Notes under the pieces: generated by a model
Told to the model about the DNA's origin: nothing
Database searches by the model: none
What the model saw: only the letters and a program-made list of their open reading frames with translations
Shown here: piece by piece, positions 10,226 through 23,590 of the stretch
Numbering within the stretch: the first letter of the stretch is position 1
How the letters are laid out: each line of letters begins with the position of its first letter
NCBI GenBank assembly: GCA_973895155.1
Contig: OZ316898.1
Location: 14,972,330-15,036,329 of the forward strand
Length of the DNA: 64,000 bases
Reading direction: 5' to 3'
Source of the DNA: Marsupella aquatica
Taxonomy: Eukaryota; Plantae; Marchantiophyta
Made by a program: the position numbers and the translations under genes

Positions 10226-13200
10226 AGAAAAATCGGCCCAGACGAGCTGCAGCGGGTGTCGACGAATCAAGGATACTTGGGTTTCGTGCTTCACATTTTA
10301 GATTTAGCTCTTTACATTTTTAGGCAGTTTTCAAGTTTCGTGCTTAGCACGTTAGAGCCAATTGAAAATCTATGACGAATCAGCCAATTTCGATATTTAG
10401 AATCTTCAATCGAAATGCTCCAAAAGATAGAGTGAAATAAGGAAGGATACTACAGTTCTTTGACATTTCTCGACTCCAAAGGTGATGGACGTTATCTGAA
10501 ATCCTGCATGACTGTACTTGACGAGGCCGGCTATTCCCAAGAGTGATTGGGAGTTTTGAACGTTAGAATAAAACAACCCCAGCATGTAAGAATCAGGCGT
10601 GCGGATGTGGATTAGTTTTACGTGGCAATCAACAGAACGATTCTGGGACCTGGTGCAGGGGGTTAACATAGGTAATTTAAGGGGAACAACTTCCCTTTCG
10701 AAGCGACCTTAATTAAATGTTATGTAAGCTGGTCTTCTCTCTTACGTGTGTATCTTCTGGGCTATGCACCAGTTATATGACCTACTGTACATTGCAAGAA
10801 AGTTGGGCTGCGTAAAGCTCGTTTTGCCCCAGCAGATCGCAAAACGTCCCAAGTTTCTAAAGCACGAGCTGTGCAAGCCTGTCCAGAGCACAGAAATTTT
10901 ATGTCTAGATAGATTGTTAGTTTAAGTATTCTAGACCGGCAGAATCACTCCTATATTGTAGAGGAAGACATGTACATTCTGTTAAGCAGTCTCTATGGGC
11001 TGTAAAGATTGTGCAGAACGATTGGATGATTTGAAGAACTCCGTGGGAATTTTATTGTAACTCCATAATATGATTCCAAAGGTTCTAATCCTTGCATGGC
11101 TATTACTTCTTTTATTTTTACTCGACAACATGCCTCCAAAGGTTCTGGATGCTTCGATGGATATTACTTCCTGCGGTAATGCTTCTTTGTACAAAATTTG
11201 TTGCACCTTAGAGAATGGCAGGGGTCTACCAATCCATTTCCAGTATTATCTAAAGTTATAACAAGTGTGGATAATTCTTCCAGAGAACTGAAATTACAGT
11301 CAGCTCGTCCTAAGTGCACACTTTAAGAAGTGCAAATTTCGGTTTTTTGCAAGATTGAATCATTTTTCCCTTTGTTTCCGACCGTCTTGTCTTTATGTGT
11401 TTTCAAGTGTTTCACGGTCTCCACTGGACCTTAAACAATAGTCCAATGTTCTGATAAGGGTACGTCAGTACACCCTTATCAGTAATCAATTACATGCTCT
11501 GGAACACTTATCAACAACTTATTTGTCGTAGTGTATTATTGTTGTGCAACAGGGTTTCAGGGCAGGGTCCAGTCTGAGGAGGCACGAGGATCATGTAGCA
11601 TGTCAGTCGGTGCGAGTTCAGCATCAGGTCGTTGCTGGTTCACCTCTGGTGGTTTTCAAATACTGTTTTAAGGTTCACGTCTGGCTTAAGAGTGTAGAGT
11701 AGAATGGACAGGAATGAAGATTTTGACAATTGAGAACACGATCCAAGCATGGTGGATGTTAATGACTTTTATTAAGGAGAGTTTTATCAGAAGAAGGAAA
11801 ATGGTTCTGAATCAACCTGGGGACAAAGTACTACGGTTGAAACTGAAATCACAAAACTCCGAGCATCCAATGGGCCATGCATTAAAAATCGAGATCGGCC
11901 TCACTGCGCTCAAACTTACCTCATATTGGGTTCCATCCGTCCGTCGGTGAGTAATTTTTGCCAGAGTTGGAGTCCTCCCAAACAAGAACCAGAGCACGAT
12001 GTGAACCAAAACCACTCAAATTCTGCTCTTCTGTACGGTCTCTTCCTTCAAAGCCGATGAGATTTCTCGAAGACTTTCAACAAGTGGCCGGTATGAACGG
12101 GTTTTCCTGTCATTTGACTGTGTCCAGAGTGACATGGGCTTTCCCTTAAACTTTGCCCATAATGAGTGGAAGAACTGGTGTTCCATCGAGCACCTTGAAA
12201 GCAAATGTCGAGCTTGAGGCAATGCATTTACCTTCATGGACACTGACGTATCAAACTAAAAGTCACCATTATGTCAGCGACAGCAACAACCAAAAAGCAA
12301 CTAGATTACAAAATAAAGAGAAACGACAGCCCTCGTTAAGAGAAATGAACTGCCCTTCGCTAACCATGGTTGAGTTGGCCCTTTTCAATTTGCAAACATT
12401 TAAAGAATAAAAGACCATTTGGCAACATTGGTGAGTATAACGCATACATATCATGTCGATTACTATCATATCTCTCAAAACCTTTGATCTTTTGGCGTAA
12501 GACATCTCTGCTTCTTTTTAGTTTCATGCCGAGAAATATGCCTAAATCTCTCCCATTAATTTAATCAAGTGATGAATAGGATCATCCTGAAACATAATTT
12601 TCATACACGGTTGCAGACATACTGGTATAAATATTGAATTGATTGAAAACACTCTTAAAATGAGATCCACTCGTAAAATGAGATTCAATAATAGAATTTA
12701 CATAATCCGAAACTAGAAAGGACAACATGCGCCATTGCGGTGTTGCAATGATGTGATTTTTCAGTTCTTCAATTGAGTTGTCGTCATGGTCATTCCTGTA
12801 CGATCAATCGAATCAGTATGCCCTGAAAAGCAAGAATCTCTTCGATCGGTAAGGATTCAAGACCACCGTCGACAGATCACTCACTCTTAGAAAGACCTGC
12901 CTTCCGTGGACATTCCACACCACAAAATCCAAACTTTGAGGTTGTCAGTCCTACAGCGACAGACCAGGCAAAAATTGAGGCTGAAGACAAGAATTCGTCA
13001 GACTAATTCCAGTTCGACAAGACCCGTCAATAACGAAACACCGCCTAATAATCCAAGCTGTTTATAATATTTGGACAACAATTTGGCACATTGTTAAGGA
13101 ACCTTAAGACGAGATTAGTAGACCCAAGGAAGACCTATGGGGACAATGTACCGAGCCTATTATACCTGCATGAGTAGAAGAAAAACCCAGGAGTTGGCTT

Positions 13201-13280
13201 GGTAAATGCCTGAAGTCATGCAGCATCTGAGATAATACGTGGAACCAACACGTGCTACCCAAAAAATGTGCGAGATGTGT

Positions 13281-16200
13281 TCAGATGTAAGCTGACAGTA
13301 AGAACTCTGATATTTCGTCTCGGAAATGGGCCTGCTCAGCCTCAGCAGCCTCAAACAGGTCTTCGTAAGTCAGGAAATGATCCTTCTCAGTCCGCAACGA
13401 CGCCTGATGATTCAAAGCAAGAAATTCAACTGAATAAAGCTACAGTCATGACCTCTACACCCAATATGTACCTCATCGATGCAAGGCACGAATACTGGCA
13501 ATTACGAAGGTGACAATAGGCGCATACAACAATCCCGGCCGTGTAATATGGAATAGCTATCTCCCAATTGAAGAGAACCTTTCGAATTGGAAAACTGACC
13601 TTGGCAGCCCCCCTTACGATGGCACTGCTGATAGATTTACTTGTAAAGTCAAAGCGTCGTCCAAGCTCTTCAAAGTTCAAACTGGGAGCTAGTGGACACT
13701 GCAGGGAAACATTAATTCCAGTAGCTGTGTTGATGAGTAGTCTCTATATGCGAGAGAGAGAATGAATTATCAAAACCAGTGACCATGGTCTAAACTCCCA
13801 GAATAAATTATCAAAACCAGTAACCATCTTTCTAAACTCCCACATTCAGTCCTCCATAGGTTGATGTTAAGAATCAACAGCCATTGAAGCAATATATTAG
13901 AGACTATACAGACTAGTATGGAAGCACCATTGCTAGACACAATCCAGTAATCGACCTTTTCTGGAATCATTCTCTTCCACATTTGGGCTCGTACTACGGA
14001 CTCGGGCAGCTTGAACTCGACAAGAAATTTGAGCCTTCGCGTAAGTTCAGGGTCGATCCTATGCACAACACTTCCCTGGAAACACAGACGAATTTATCCA
14101 GTAATCTTTTCAATGAAGAGGTACTCAGCCACGAGGAAGGATTCAGCTATCAGCACGTGAAGTGGTGATTCAGAACGTTGTTTCCGAATTCATTTTTCTT
14201 TCGATGTTTAGTCCTCGTGTCCATTCTGTTCATTAGAGATATACGCGACTAATTGTGGAAGTTTTACGAGCGGGGACTTCACTACCATAACGAATTTTTT
14301 TAGTAGAGGAAGATAACATGCCAACGCAGTAAGTTTCATTGATGGTCTAGATCGAAGGCCATCAACTCTGCCCACTGCATCGAGAGAGGTCTCTCAGAAA
14401 AGTAAATTGACCACTAATATAGAAAATCCAGAACTCATACCTGAACATTGTTTGCAACGAGGATGCAGATACCAGGAAATTTACTCAATTCGTGAAGTAA
14501 CAAGCCAATAGCCACGTCGGACCATGCTGACACACTCCCCACACCCGCTATGGCTTGGCTCCAAAAAATCTGCGATCACAATCAGTGATATTAAATGAGC
14601 TCACAATTGTCCAATAGATTGACATCTTTGTAAAGTTACATACTTTTTTATGTTCTCATCGACAACCACAGATCCTTTTTCTCAATAGAAGTGAATACAG
14701 AACATAAGGTGGAGGACCACAACTGAGCTTGAAAGGAAAACCTGGAAATCATCGAGCACAAGGACTGCATCCATGAGCTGTGAATCTCTGAATGCAGTCG
14801 TGATGTTGGATCCTGCAACATTCTTCTTGTCTTTGGATATGAGCTGACCACAGTTGATCACCTTCAATTTGTGGACCCACGCGAGTAAGAGCAGTCGACG
14901 AAGGCAAGCAACCCAGGAAGGCATGATTAGCCCAATGACCATGGGAAGCACTCTTGACACTGCAGCTAATGATTGACTGAATGAAGTTGGTACGGTGCAA
15001 AAATAATAGAACAAGCACTGTCGAATCGGGATTTTTGATCTATTTTCCGATTATGTGCTCAGGAGGTTGATCATTACCTTCAGAGGGCGGCCCAGCTCAT
15101 ATCCAATTGCCTGCATTCATAAACAATAAATTGATCAAAGCGTCCCGTCCTCACACTTCATGAAGAATACGTCACAGCAAAACCTGTCCTCCGAGCAACA
15201 TTGCTACAGAATGGGTTTCAAGAACAGAAAGACAGACTACCTCTGCGGCTGATGATTTGCCTGTACCACTGGGACCCCAAAATAGGCATGCTGTGCCTAT
15301 TCTTTCCAGTTCGAAACCCCACTGCCCCAACAACACTCCCCTCGCTTTCTGGAAAGTGACGATGGCTTCCAATTTTTGACGCATACTCGACGTTAGTATC
15401 AGCTTATCCAGGCCAGTCTTTGGCACGACCCGATGTTTAAACGTCTTCATCTGGACACACGAATCGTACAGGTGTCATATTCCCAAACAAACGGGGTGTC
15501 ATTAACAGCTTGGCAGTCTTGGTGACGCATTCGGGAAACAAACGACGAGCCAAAAGGAATGTCGCTGAGACCTTGGAGAACGGCATACCTGCAAACTTCC
15601 TCGCATTTGGAGACGGCAACCATCCACAATGTCTCCTTCTGTTACCGACGGTTTCAAACTGTCTCTGGAAATGGCTGTCAGTAATGCACCCACCAAGGCA
15701 TTCTTGATGTACCCTCCTGTCAACTCATATCTGCAAAACTGCAGAAAGTCAGATGCAGTCGCCGTTACCTCTAAAAATTCTAGCTCTTAAAAATTGCTAC
15801 AGCAACATGCGTCACGACCCAGACTTGACGTGCCTTACACAGGTCTCAAAGGTACGACAGCTAGAATCGAAACTCTGGAGAAGTAGAAGATTTAGTAAAA
15901 TTACCGGAGCGCAATCTCATCCCAGTTCACATTTTCAGCAACTGGCAGGCGCTCAGATGCAAGCTTCCAGATCGCCCGACGTTGTGTGTGATCTGGTGCA
16001 GAGAATTCACTCACACATCTGCCCAACGTGAAACAGCAGCACAGACAAAAAGTAAGAATTGTCAGCAATGTAACAAAAATACACAGAGGAGGCCAGACGA
16101 GGCAAGTGACGAAATGAGAAATTTACATACGTGATGCGTCTGTGCATAGCCTCGTCAAGATCTAGAGGTCTGTTTGTCGCGAGCATAATAATTCCTTCAT

Positions 16201-19200
16201 GCCGCTCCATCTCTGTTAGCAACGAGCTCAACAATTTGTCTCCACCGCGCTCTCTCTGTTGCGGTTGCAATCAAGATAGTGATAAATTTCTCGAGCTAGT
16301 TTATAAGAAATGATCAGAATGAGGGAACAAACTTCTCAGGAATGCAGCAACATAGTAACAAAGTCTGAAATTTCTTCCGCACAAACTGCTTGCCACATTG
16401 CCGAATACTCGGACAGCTTCGAATGCATTGTCAAAAGTTTCCTTGCTCATAAAGATAATTAATGTCAGTGGTATGAATGCAACTCCTCACCTTGGCAAAA
16501 ATTGATTCGCACTCGTCAAAGAATATGATGGCATCATTCATTTCTGCGTCTCGGAACAGACCTCTGAGGTCTGCTGATTGATCATCACCAGATCTGCTCC
16601 CTCCACTACCTTTGTGAAGAGATTGGAAATCAACCAGAAGTACTCGCTTGCCTGGAGGTGGGATAACCATAAATCTTCCACTTTCAGAACCACTACTATG
16701 AAATCAATTCTTTTCATTCTCATACATCGCCTGGACGCATTTCAGAAACGCAAAGTAGCTCACTTTATTCCAATTTCTTCAAATTTTGCCTTCCTATAAA
16801 AGCAATGCGTACCGGTCAAAATCTTGCACAACTTACTACCAAAGCAGCTCGTAAAGATTCCTGTCTTCCCTTTGTGGAAAAGGCTCGCATACCAAGATGA
16901 TGTGCGACGGCATTGACAGTCATCGTTTTTCCAGTGCCAGATGGTCCACACAGTAGTACAACCAATCCTGCTCCGTAGCTGATCAAGTCCTCTAGACCTG
17001 CACTTTTCCTAAACTTCTTGAAGTTCGCAAAATTATCAACTGTTTTTAGCAGCATGTCTTTTTGCTCCTCTGGAAGAACTACCTGCTCCATGCTAATCTG
17101 TTGCCATCACAGTAACATTTTATATCAGCATTGGAGTGCCTTCTGAAACACAATCTTTGTCGAACAGAGTTTGATCAATCTATAGGTACAGCAATTGTTC
17201 AGTTTCCACAAATTTTTCCAGTTCATTGGAGAAGTGAATGTGTGTTCATGCGGAGACTCTTTTGAGCTCGTACATATAAAATAAAAGTTCACTGCGACGC
17301 ATGACAACTTGGTAATAACAACCTTTGGTTGGTAGAGATGGCTGCCATCCACCAGTTCATTCATCTCTGCATCAAGACCAACAATCCAGTCCAATATCCG
17401 CCGATCTAGCTCGACATGTTGCTCCATAAGATCCCCCCCTCCTCCTCTCGCATATAATGATGCCCGCAACTTAATCAAACCTCTAGCAACCAATTTGCTC
17501 GACTTGTAGAAGTAAGTTCGAGCAAGGACCTTCCATTGCAAAAGCATAATCTTCAGCCAAGGTTGTTACAATCCTTGCTAAGAAAATTCACTAGCTTTCT
17601 GCTTCCAGCTATGTCAAAGATAAAACAAAGCCAAAATGGAAAGCAAAATAACGTGCTCTTTCGCTGGAGTGAATTCGTGGTTCAGCAGTTCCATCAACAT
17701 TTCATTATGCGTAGATATAATACTGTTGTAACTATCACCTGCTCCTTGAACGAGTCGAAGAAAACAATCAGCACGTCCTTCACCTGCAGCACAAACGTAA
17801 ATACTCTCCAGATAAAAGGATTCTCTCCGACCAGACCTCCTATACCTTTCAAGCAAGGCTGTAGTTCTCAGAAGGAGAAGTTACTCGCTGTAGAAAATTG
17901 TGTGCATTTTCCTCTAACGCAAATGGACAACACGATCTCTTCCAGCTATAAATACCCAGCAGGGCCAAGAACAATAAATACTTTTGAATCAGTAAATTAG
18001 CTCTTAGTCTTTACTGTCATGGGCACATACTTGTATATTGTCACTGCTAGGCCGATACTTGCCAGTCCCGACCGCTTCAAAGATGCTCTTCAGCACTGGG
18101 GAAATCGAGATTCCTGCAGATTCAGCAGTCGTTGAAGGTAAGAGGTATTAGAAAAAGAGGGTCCCGGTCTCAACTCAATAGAAAGAGCATGAAACGTCGC
18201 ATGGAACGCACCTGCAAGCATGACAACAACACCTTTTTCGAACTCATCCAAACCAAGTTTTTTTGCGAGAGCCTGGCGCACACAGACCATTCCAAATATC
18301 AGAAAACTATAAAGCAGACCTCAACAAACAGATCGTTCTACAAAATTAGCGAGTAAATAATGTGGGCCTAATAAAGTAACCTAAATGGTGCCCGTGGTAC
18401 AGCAGTAACTTCGGTCTCTCAAGATACATCATTAGATTGCGCTCAATTACAGAACACTCAAGCAATGATCAAAAGAGAGCACATTACTTCAAGGCGGGGC
18501 AACTCAGCTGACCCATCTCCACAAGCTTTTTCTGTAAGCTTCATCCGCTCAGTTAGGCGATTTTGAGCGAACTTCAATTTTGCCATTAGCTCGCGTAAGT
18601 TCGATACCTGGGAGACGGCATTAGATCATCTTCAGCGAAAAAGAACTTTACGACGTTTAGAACAGTGCAATTCGAGACTAATGCTATGCAATGCCATCAA
18701 GAAACACTTCACAGCAGGTAGGACCTACCTTACTTGACCGATCATACCAAGGTCGCTCATCATTCAATGCCTCCTTCATGTCTTCTTTGTGCCGAGCCTT
18801 AGCAATTTGAAGCTTCAATTGCAACTCTTGAAAACTATTATCCAAATACTCTAAGCTTGATTTGTACACAGAAAGCTCCCCGTCCTTCTCCTCTTCGTTT
18901 GAAGAACCCGTCCCAGAACCATCTCTACCAATCACAGACGCCGTCCCATTTGCCATTCCAACCTCAGAGCTGGCAGTATCATCTGTTGACGCATCGAGCT
19001 TCTGTTCAGGCTTCCTAGATGATTTCAAGAGTTGATCAAGTTCCCCTACATGCGCAGCAACATCACGTACCCCCAGATCATATTCACCTCCAGGGTTTGG
19101 CTTATGATCACGGAAAAATTCACCTTGAATTTTCAAAGTCTTCTTGACATCATGCTCTGATGAATTGGCCTGAAATTTATCCTCGTCAACCACACTTGTT

Positions 19201-21584
19201 AGGGATTTACAGTACGTAGTAACGTGGGATGTCCATCGCTACAGCAAGCAGGACGGTGTTCAAAACGTCAACTTCATCAGAAAATCATTTGTGTCACTTA
19301 CTTTAGACTTTATGAAACGTTGTTTGGAACACTTTCTGGTTACTTACATTCTCCTCATCAACGATAAAGAATTGACAAATCGTTCCACGCGGTATCCACT
19401 TAGCATCAGAACACAAATAGAGCTACGAGACCTGGCTTTCGAAACTACATGTATTTGAAATTTCAGTGGAGAACCCCACCAGGACTGCACTAGCTGCACG
19501 AAATAGAGAAGGAACAAGTAAGCTCATTCCGCACATATACGCTGCTCTCACCTCGGAGGCTTCCAATATATTGAGCAACTCAGTTTTGCTGAACTTCAGG
19601 CGCTGATCCGTTTTCAATGGCCTCTTAAGAAGAACTGACACTGCTTCCTTGCTCATCCGGACGCTCTTTCCGTAGGCCACGGATTTGTCCTGCAGAACGC
19701 CATCAAAAGAAGGTGGTGTGATAAGCTCAATTGCTCTCGACAGAAGAACGCCTATTAACCGTTCCGAGAAATGGTGAAGCAAAGTGCCATTTAAAGAGTA
19801 AGTAAAAGGAAAATTGTCATTGTTCAAAGGGAAAAGAACCGACACACAAGCAAACTAACTCCGACAGGATCTACTGGAAAAGTTAACACCAAACCAAGTG
19901 ACGCTAAATTGAGATTATCTTTAGTTGAAGGACTTTCATTACCTGCTCCACAACTATGATACCTTCTGCCATATGTGTCCGTTTGTCATCCAGAAAGTCT
20001 TCTACTTCCATCAGACTCATTCGACAGAGGTCCATAGCTATCTCCTTGTCTTCCTGCCTGACTCCTGGAAATACGAACGTGACTAATATGATGCAACGCA
20101 GACAGAATCTACCCGACTGGAGGGCATGCGAAAAAAGCGACCACAGGAGTTTTATGTGAAACATACTAATAACTACATCACTCTCCTCCTGAAACCAGCA
20201 AATTAAAAACCTAAATATGAGGACGCAGACGCAGACGGGCTTGGGATAAATAGGAATGAGTTCTATGTGAAACTCACCTAGAACTCCTCGGATTGCAGCA
20301 GATTTTGAGCCACCACCAACGAATAGCAATTGGAATAAATCAGATTCTGCCGCAGTGAGGCCATAGCGACTGGCCAGACGAAGCACGAGAGGATGCAAGC
20401 TTTTGTCGACCTCTTTGAGGCGAGCCTGGGCGAACGCTTCAACCTTGTCGTGGAATTCATCAATCACAGACAATGTCTCCTTTCTACAAACGGGAATACT
20501 ATGTCAGTGCAGAGAAGGGCATGCCTGGGAACGTTTCACAGAATGTTTCTCAGATTCTAAACGTAGCTCAGTTTTTCTAACAGGATTTGCGGAAATAAGG
20601 GGAAAAGCAAGGGGGAGGGGATAAGACAATTACAAAACTAGTGTGCCGTTAAATCATTAACCCTGCATTCACCCTGGACCATGTACACAACCAGAGGCAA
20701 GCTTTATTTTTTAAATGTTTTTAAGCCTGAATTTTCATTTTCGAAAGTCTCTTCCATGTCACATTTTCCATCAGTGACTCCATTCTTATTAATTTTATGT
20801 GATTATTTATTTTTGCGACTTGTCTTTTGCTTTCTTCACTTCTTCTCTTCTTTCTTTGCTCACCTCTAACACGATGCTAGAGACAAGGAGTATTGACTAC
20901 TTACGCAAAGGAAATCTGGATCGTATTGTTAGCTTCATGGGAACTTCCCCAGATGTATCGCCCCAGCGCTCGTACTAGTCTCATTCTGTGCGACCGCAGC
21001 ACAAACTTGAGTTCTAAGTAAGTAAGCCACTCGGCATCTCCGAAAGGTGTCAACTCCTGCTGCTCCTCAGGCTTACCATTTGGCACCTCCGACTCTGCTG
21101 CAGTACCTGATGATGCCTGCACCACCACCAGCAAGCCTCTAGAACGACATCCAGCAAGACATCAACATAGAATTCAAATACCCCCTCGACGTTCATGCGA
21201 CGTCTGGTAATAGAAGAAGACCATGACAGACAATTTGCTCGGGAATACGATAAACGCAGGCACAAAGTTTAAGGGGTTCACGGACTCAAGAGTGGTAGGG
21301 GATGATAATTGACTCTTACCGCATGGAAATTCTCAGCCGCAGCTAACTCCGCAGTGAACTCTGGGAGCAGTGACAGGATATCTGACCGAATGCGCTCGGG
21401 ATCTGTGGGGAAGGATTTCAAGAGCTGGATGGCCTGTCTGAGAGCTTCATCTGCACCAACAAAGGGCGCTGCACACAACAATTCATCATTGTAGTAGGAG
21501 TCTTCAGAATGCAAGTTCAATTCAAATTCCGCGCAATCAACAACAAACCATTCGAGCAAGTAGAGTACCTGGGAGTCCTGCCAT
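13281..21584 (-). CDS. Multi-exon double AAA+ ATPase with duplicated coiled-coil/winged-helix-like N-terminal modules (Afp15/Pvc15-like ATPase family)
   Basis: Spliced by eye. Exon 1 21584-21569 (MAGLP); exon 2 21468-21320; exon 3 21116-20976. AAA1 has GPSGTGKT (~16930), IIFFDECE (~16520) and LATNRPLDLDEAMHRR (~16160). AAA2 has GPSGTGKS (~15265), VLVLDDFQ (~14750) and IDPELTRRLKFLVEF (~14040). Last exons are 13698-13600 and 13403-13281 (ASLRTEKD...LLSAYI*). Checked borders are GT-AG and in frame; some internal borders were not resolved. Confidence 0.88.
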
Positions 21585-22169
21585 ACTTGCTGGTAGCCAC
21601 ACAACCAACCAATCAGGGAAAACGAGGAATCTGCCGATGGGCGAAAAGCATGCTTTTGGACTGATCCCTCGAATGATGAGTGAAGTGGCTGCAAATACCA
21701 AAATTGGCCTGCTCAACTGATAGATTTGCGCCCCGTTCTCCCCGTACAGAATTGAACGCCAGCTTGCTCGTTGAACACCGGCGAGGATCTCAACAGACCT
21801 TCTCTTTCCGCCTTCACAGAGCTGCTTCCAACCTTCGCCGTCCACGCACAGTACTGTCCTTCCAATTGCAACGGGATTGACGTACTCCTCTCCCCGTCTT
21901 CCCACAGCCTTCCACCGTTCGACGCTTCTCCGCCCCGTACAGAATTCGTCGTCGAATTCGAACGGGCGGTGTCGATCATACAGGTGACAACTTCCGAATC
22001 CAAACGGTCGAATCCGAAACCTCCTCCTCGATTGCGTTGGCAATTCAGCACTCGCCTTGATCGAATCGAATGCCAGAGGGCCGCTACACTACACTGCAGA
22101 TGAGGTCGAGTACAACAACGAAATTGTCGATCGAGGATAAACGATTCCTCGGGCGAATGGCTCGCGCTC

Positions 22170-22175
22170 TTTATA
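22170..22175 (-). promoter_or_regulatory. Candidate TATA box of the AAA ATPase gene
   Basis: TATAAA on the minus strand in a GC-rich context ~590 bp upstream of the predicted ATG; site-II-like GGGCCC at ~22399. Confidence 0.35.
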
Positions 22176-22709
22176 CCCTGATTGCGTCACCTTCGGAGTG
22201 GTCCGGGAACCCTTTCGGTGCGCTCTCTCCAGATTCTGCTACCTGCTACCTGCCACCATAGCGCAGCTTCGCCGAAAGTCCGTGTCATTCTACCTTTCTC
22301 CACTTCCTGTCTTCTCCCGCCCAATTAGCCATCTTTCTCCCCTGTACCAAATTGTTAATTGTGTGCCCGACTGTCATCGTCGTCAGTGGCTGGGACTGGG
22401 GCCCGCTCACCCTTTCAGACGGGAGTACCGTAGTAGTAACTAGAGTAGGTTTGCAAAAATCAAGCCCGGATAGGCCAAGGAAAAAGTTTTCCTTTTTTTT
22501 AAATGGAAAGTGCTAAACAGAGTTTTTTTTAATTTTTTAGAAAGGGTCCAGGGTGGACAAAAACCAAACTCAAGGGAAACCCTTAACAAGCAGGAAAGAG
22601 TAAACAATACTAACACAAATCTACCAGGGTCCTCATCAAACCTAGCAAATGTGGCAATCACTAACATTTGGTCCACATCAAATATCAAAACTCAATCAGT
22701 AAATGGTAC

Positions 22710-23590
22710 GGGAATGTACTCGAGGGGGGCGAGCTGCTGTGAAGGCACATTGGCACCCATTGTGAGAGATCCACGATAGATGACCCAAGCTTGAGCACCT
22801 TGTAATGTCAGTGAAATGTGTTTACAAAAGTGTGTGGGTCAAAATAGAGAGTTGGGGTCCATCCGACCATCAATATCACAAGCAACTTGCAGGGCAACTT
22901 GCCAAAGAAGGTTATCAAACTGATGATAAAGACGCCCAAAGATCTCAAGAGCAAGGGGAAAGAAGCTATCAGATGAAGCTTGTGCATCATATTTGGCCTC
23001 TTTTGTTGTTGCCACTCATGATGTCACTGCCCCCGCTACCATTGTTGTTGTTGTCCTGATGGTGTCTTGGTGCAAAGGGTTTGCCACCACTACATTGACC
23101 AAAGTACGCTGACCATCATAAACCATGGTAACAGCCCATAACCACTATGATGGAGGCCCAAGTAACTCGAACACTACCTCTCGTCGCCCCAGCTTGTTGC
23201 ACACAAACCAAAGATCCAGAGAGAACCTGGGCAGTAGCATCTCTCACAACATAATGAACAATAACGGTTTTGTCACCCAAATTGCACCAAAGAATGTGGA
23301 CACTTGTGGCATCACAAGGCTATCCACGTGTGCACGAAGTGGGCAAACCAATATTAAGAAGTGGGTGGGGCAACCCCATACAAAGGCGCATCACTGTCGA
23401 GAACTCCTCTGAAGACATTTGTGGATGATGAATGGTGGGATTTGCCTGAAGCCACCCTCTTGCGCGCATGTGCACACGCCCAGCAAGGTTAGCCTCAAGA
23501 TAGATAGGGTCCAAGGATAAAAACTCCTGAAATGAAGGTAACACAGCTTGAACAGGACCTGATAAGGATGATTGACATGTGCCTTGTGCA
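22710..23590 (-). mobile_element. Degenerate 3' end of a CRE-like non-LTR retrotransposon (CCHC zinc knuckle + restriction-like endonuclease)
   Basis: The minus strand reads ARGWLQANP...MSSEEFSTVMRLCMGLP...CTRG*PCDATSVHILWC...HYVVRD. After frameshifts it reads TLVNVVVANP...KEAKY...LALEIFGRL, the typical C-terminus of RLE-clade elements. Stops and frameshifts are present. Confidence 0.75.

Noticed and set aside
11700-12560. Possible LINE-derived coding remnant
   Set aside because: Only vague Trp/basic patterns; no endonuclease or RT motif could be identified.
21537-22051. 168-aa and 112-aa ORFs as N-terminus of the AAA protein
   Set aside because: Both have non-ATG starts. A cleaner model (ATG 21584, 16-nt exon, in-frame GT-AG intron) explains the N-terminus.
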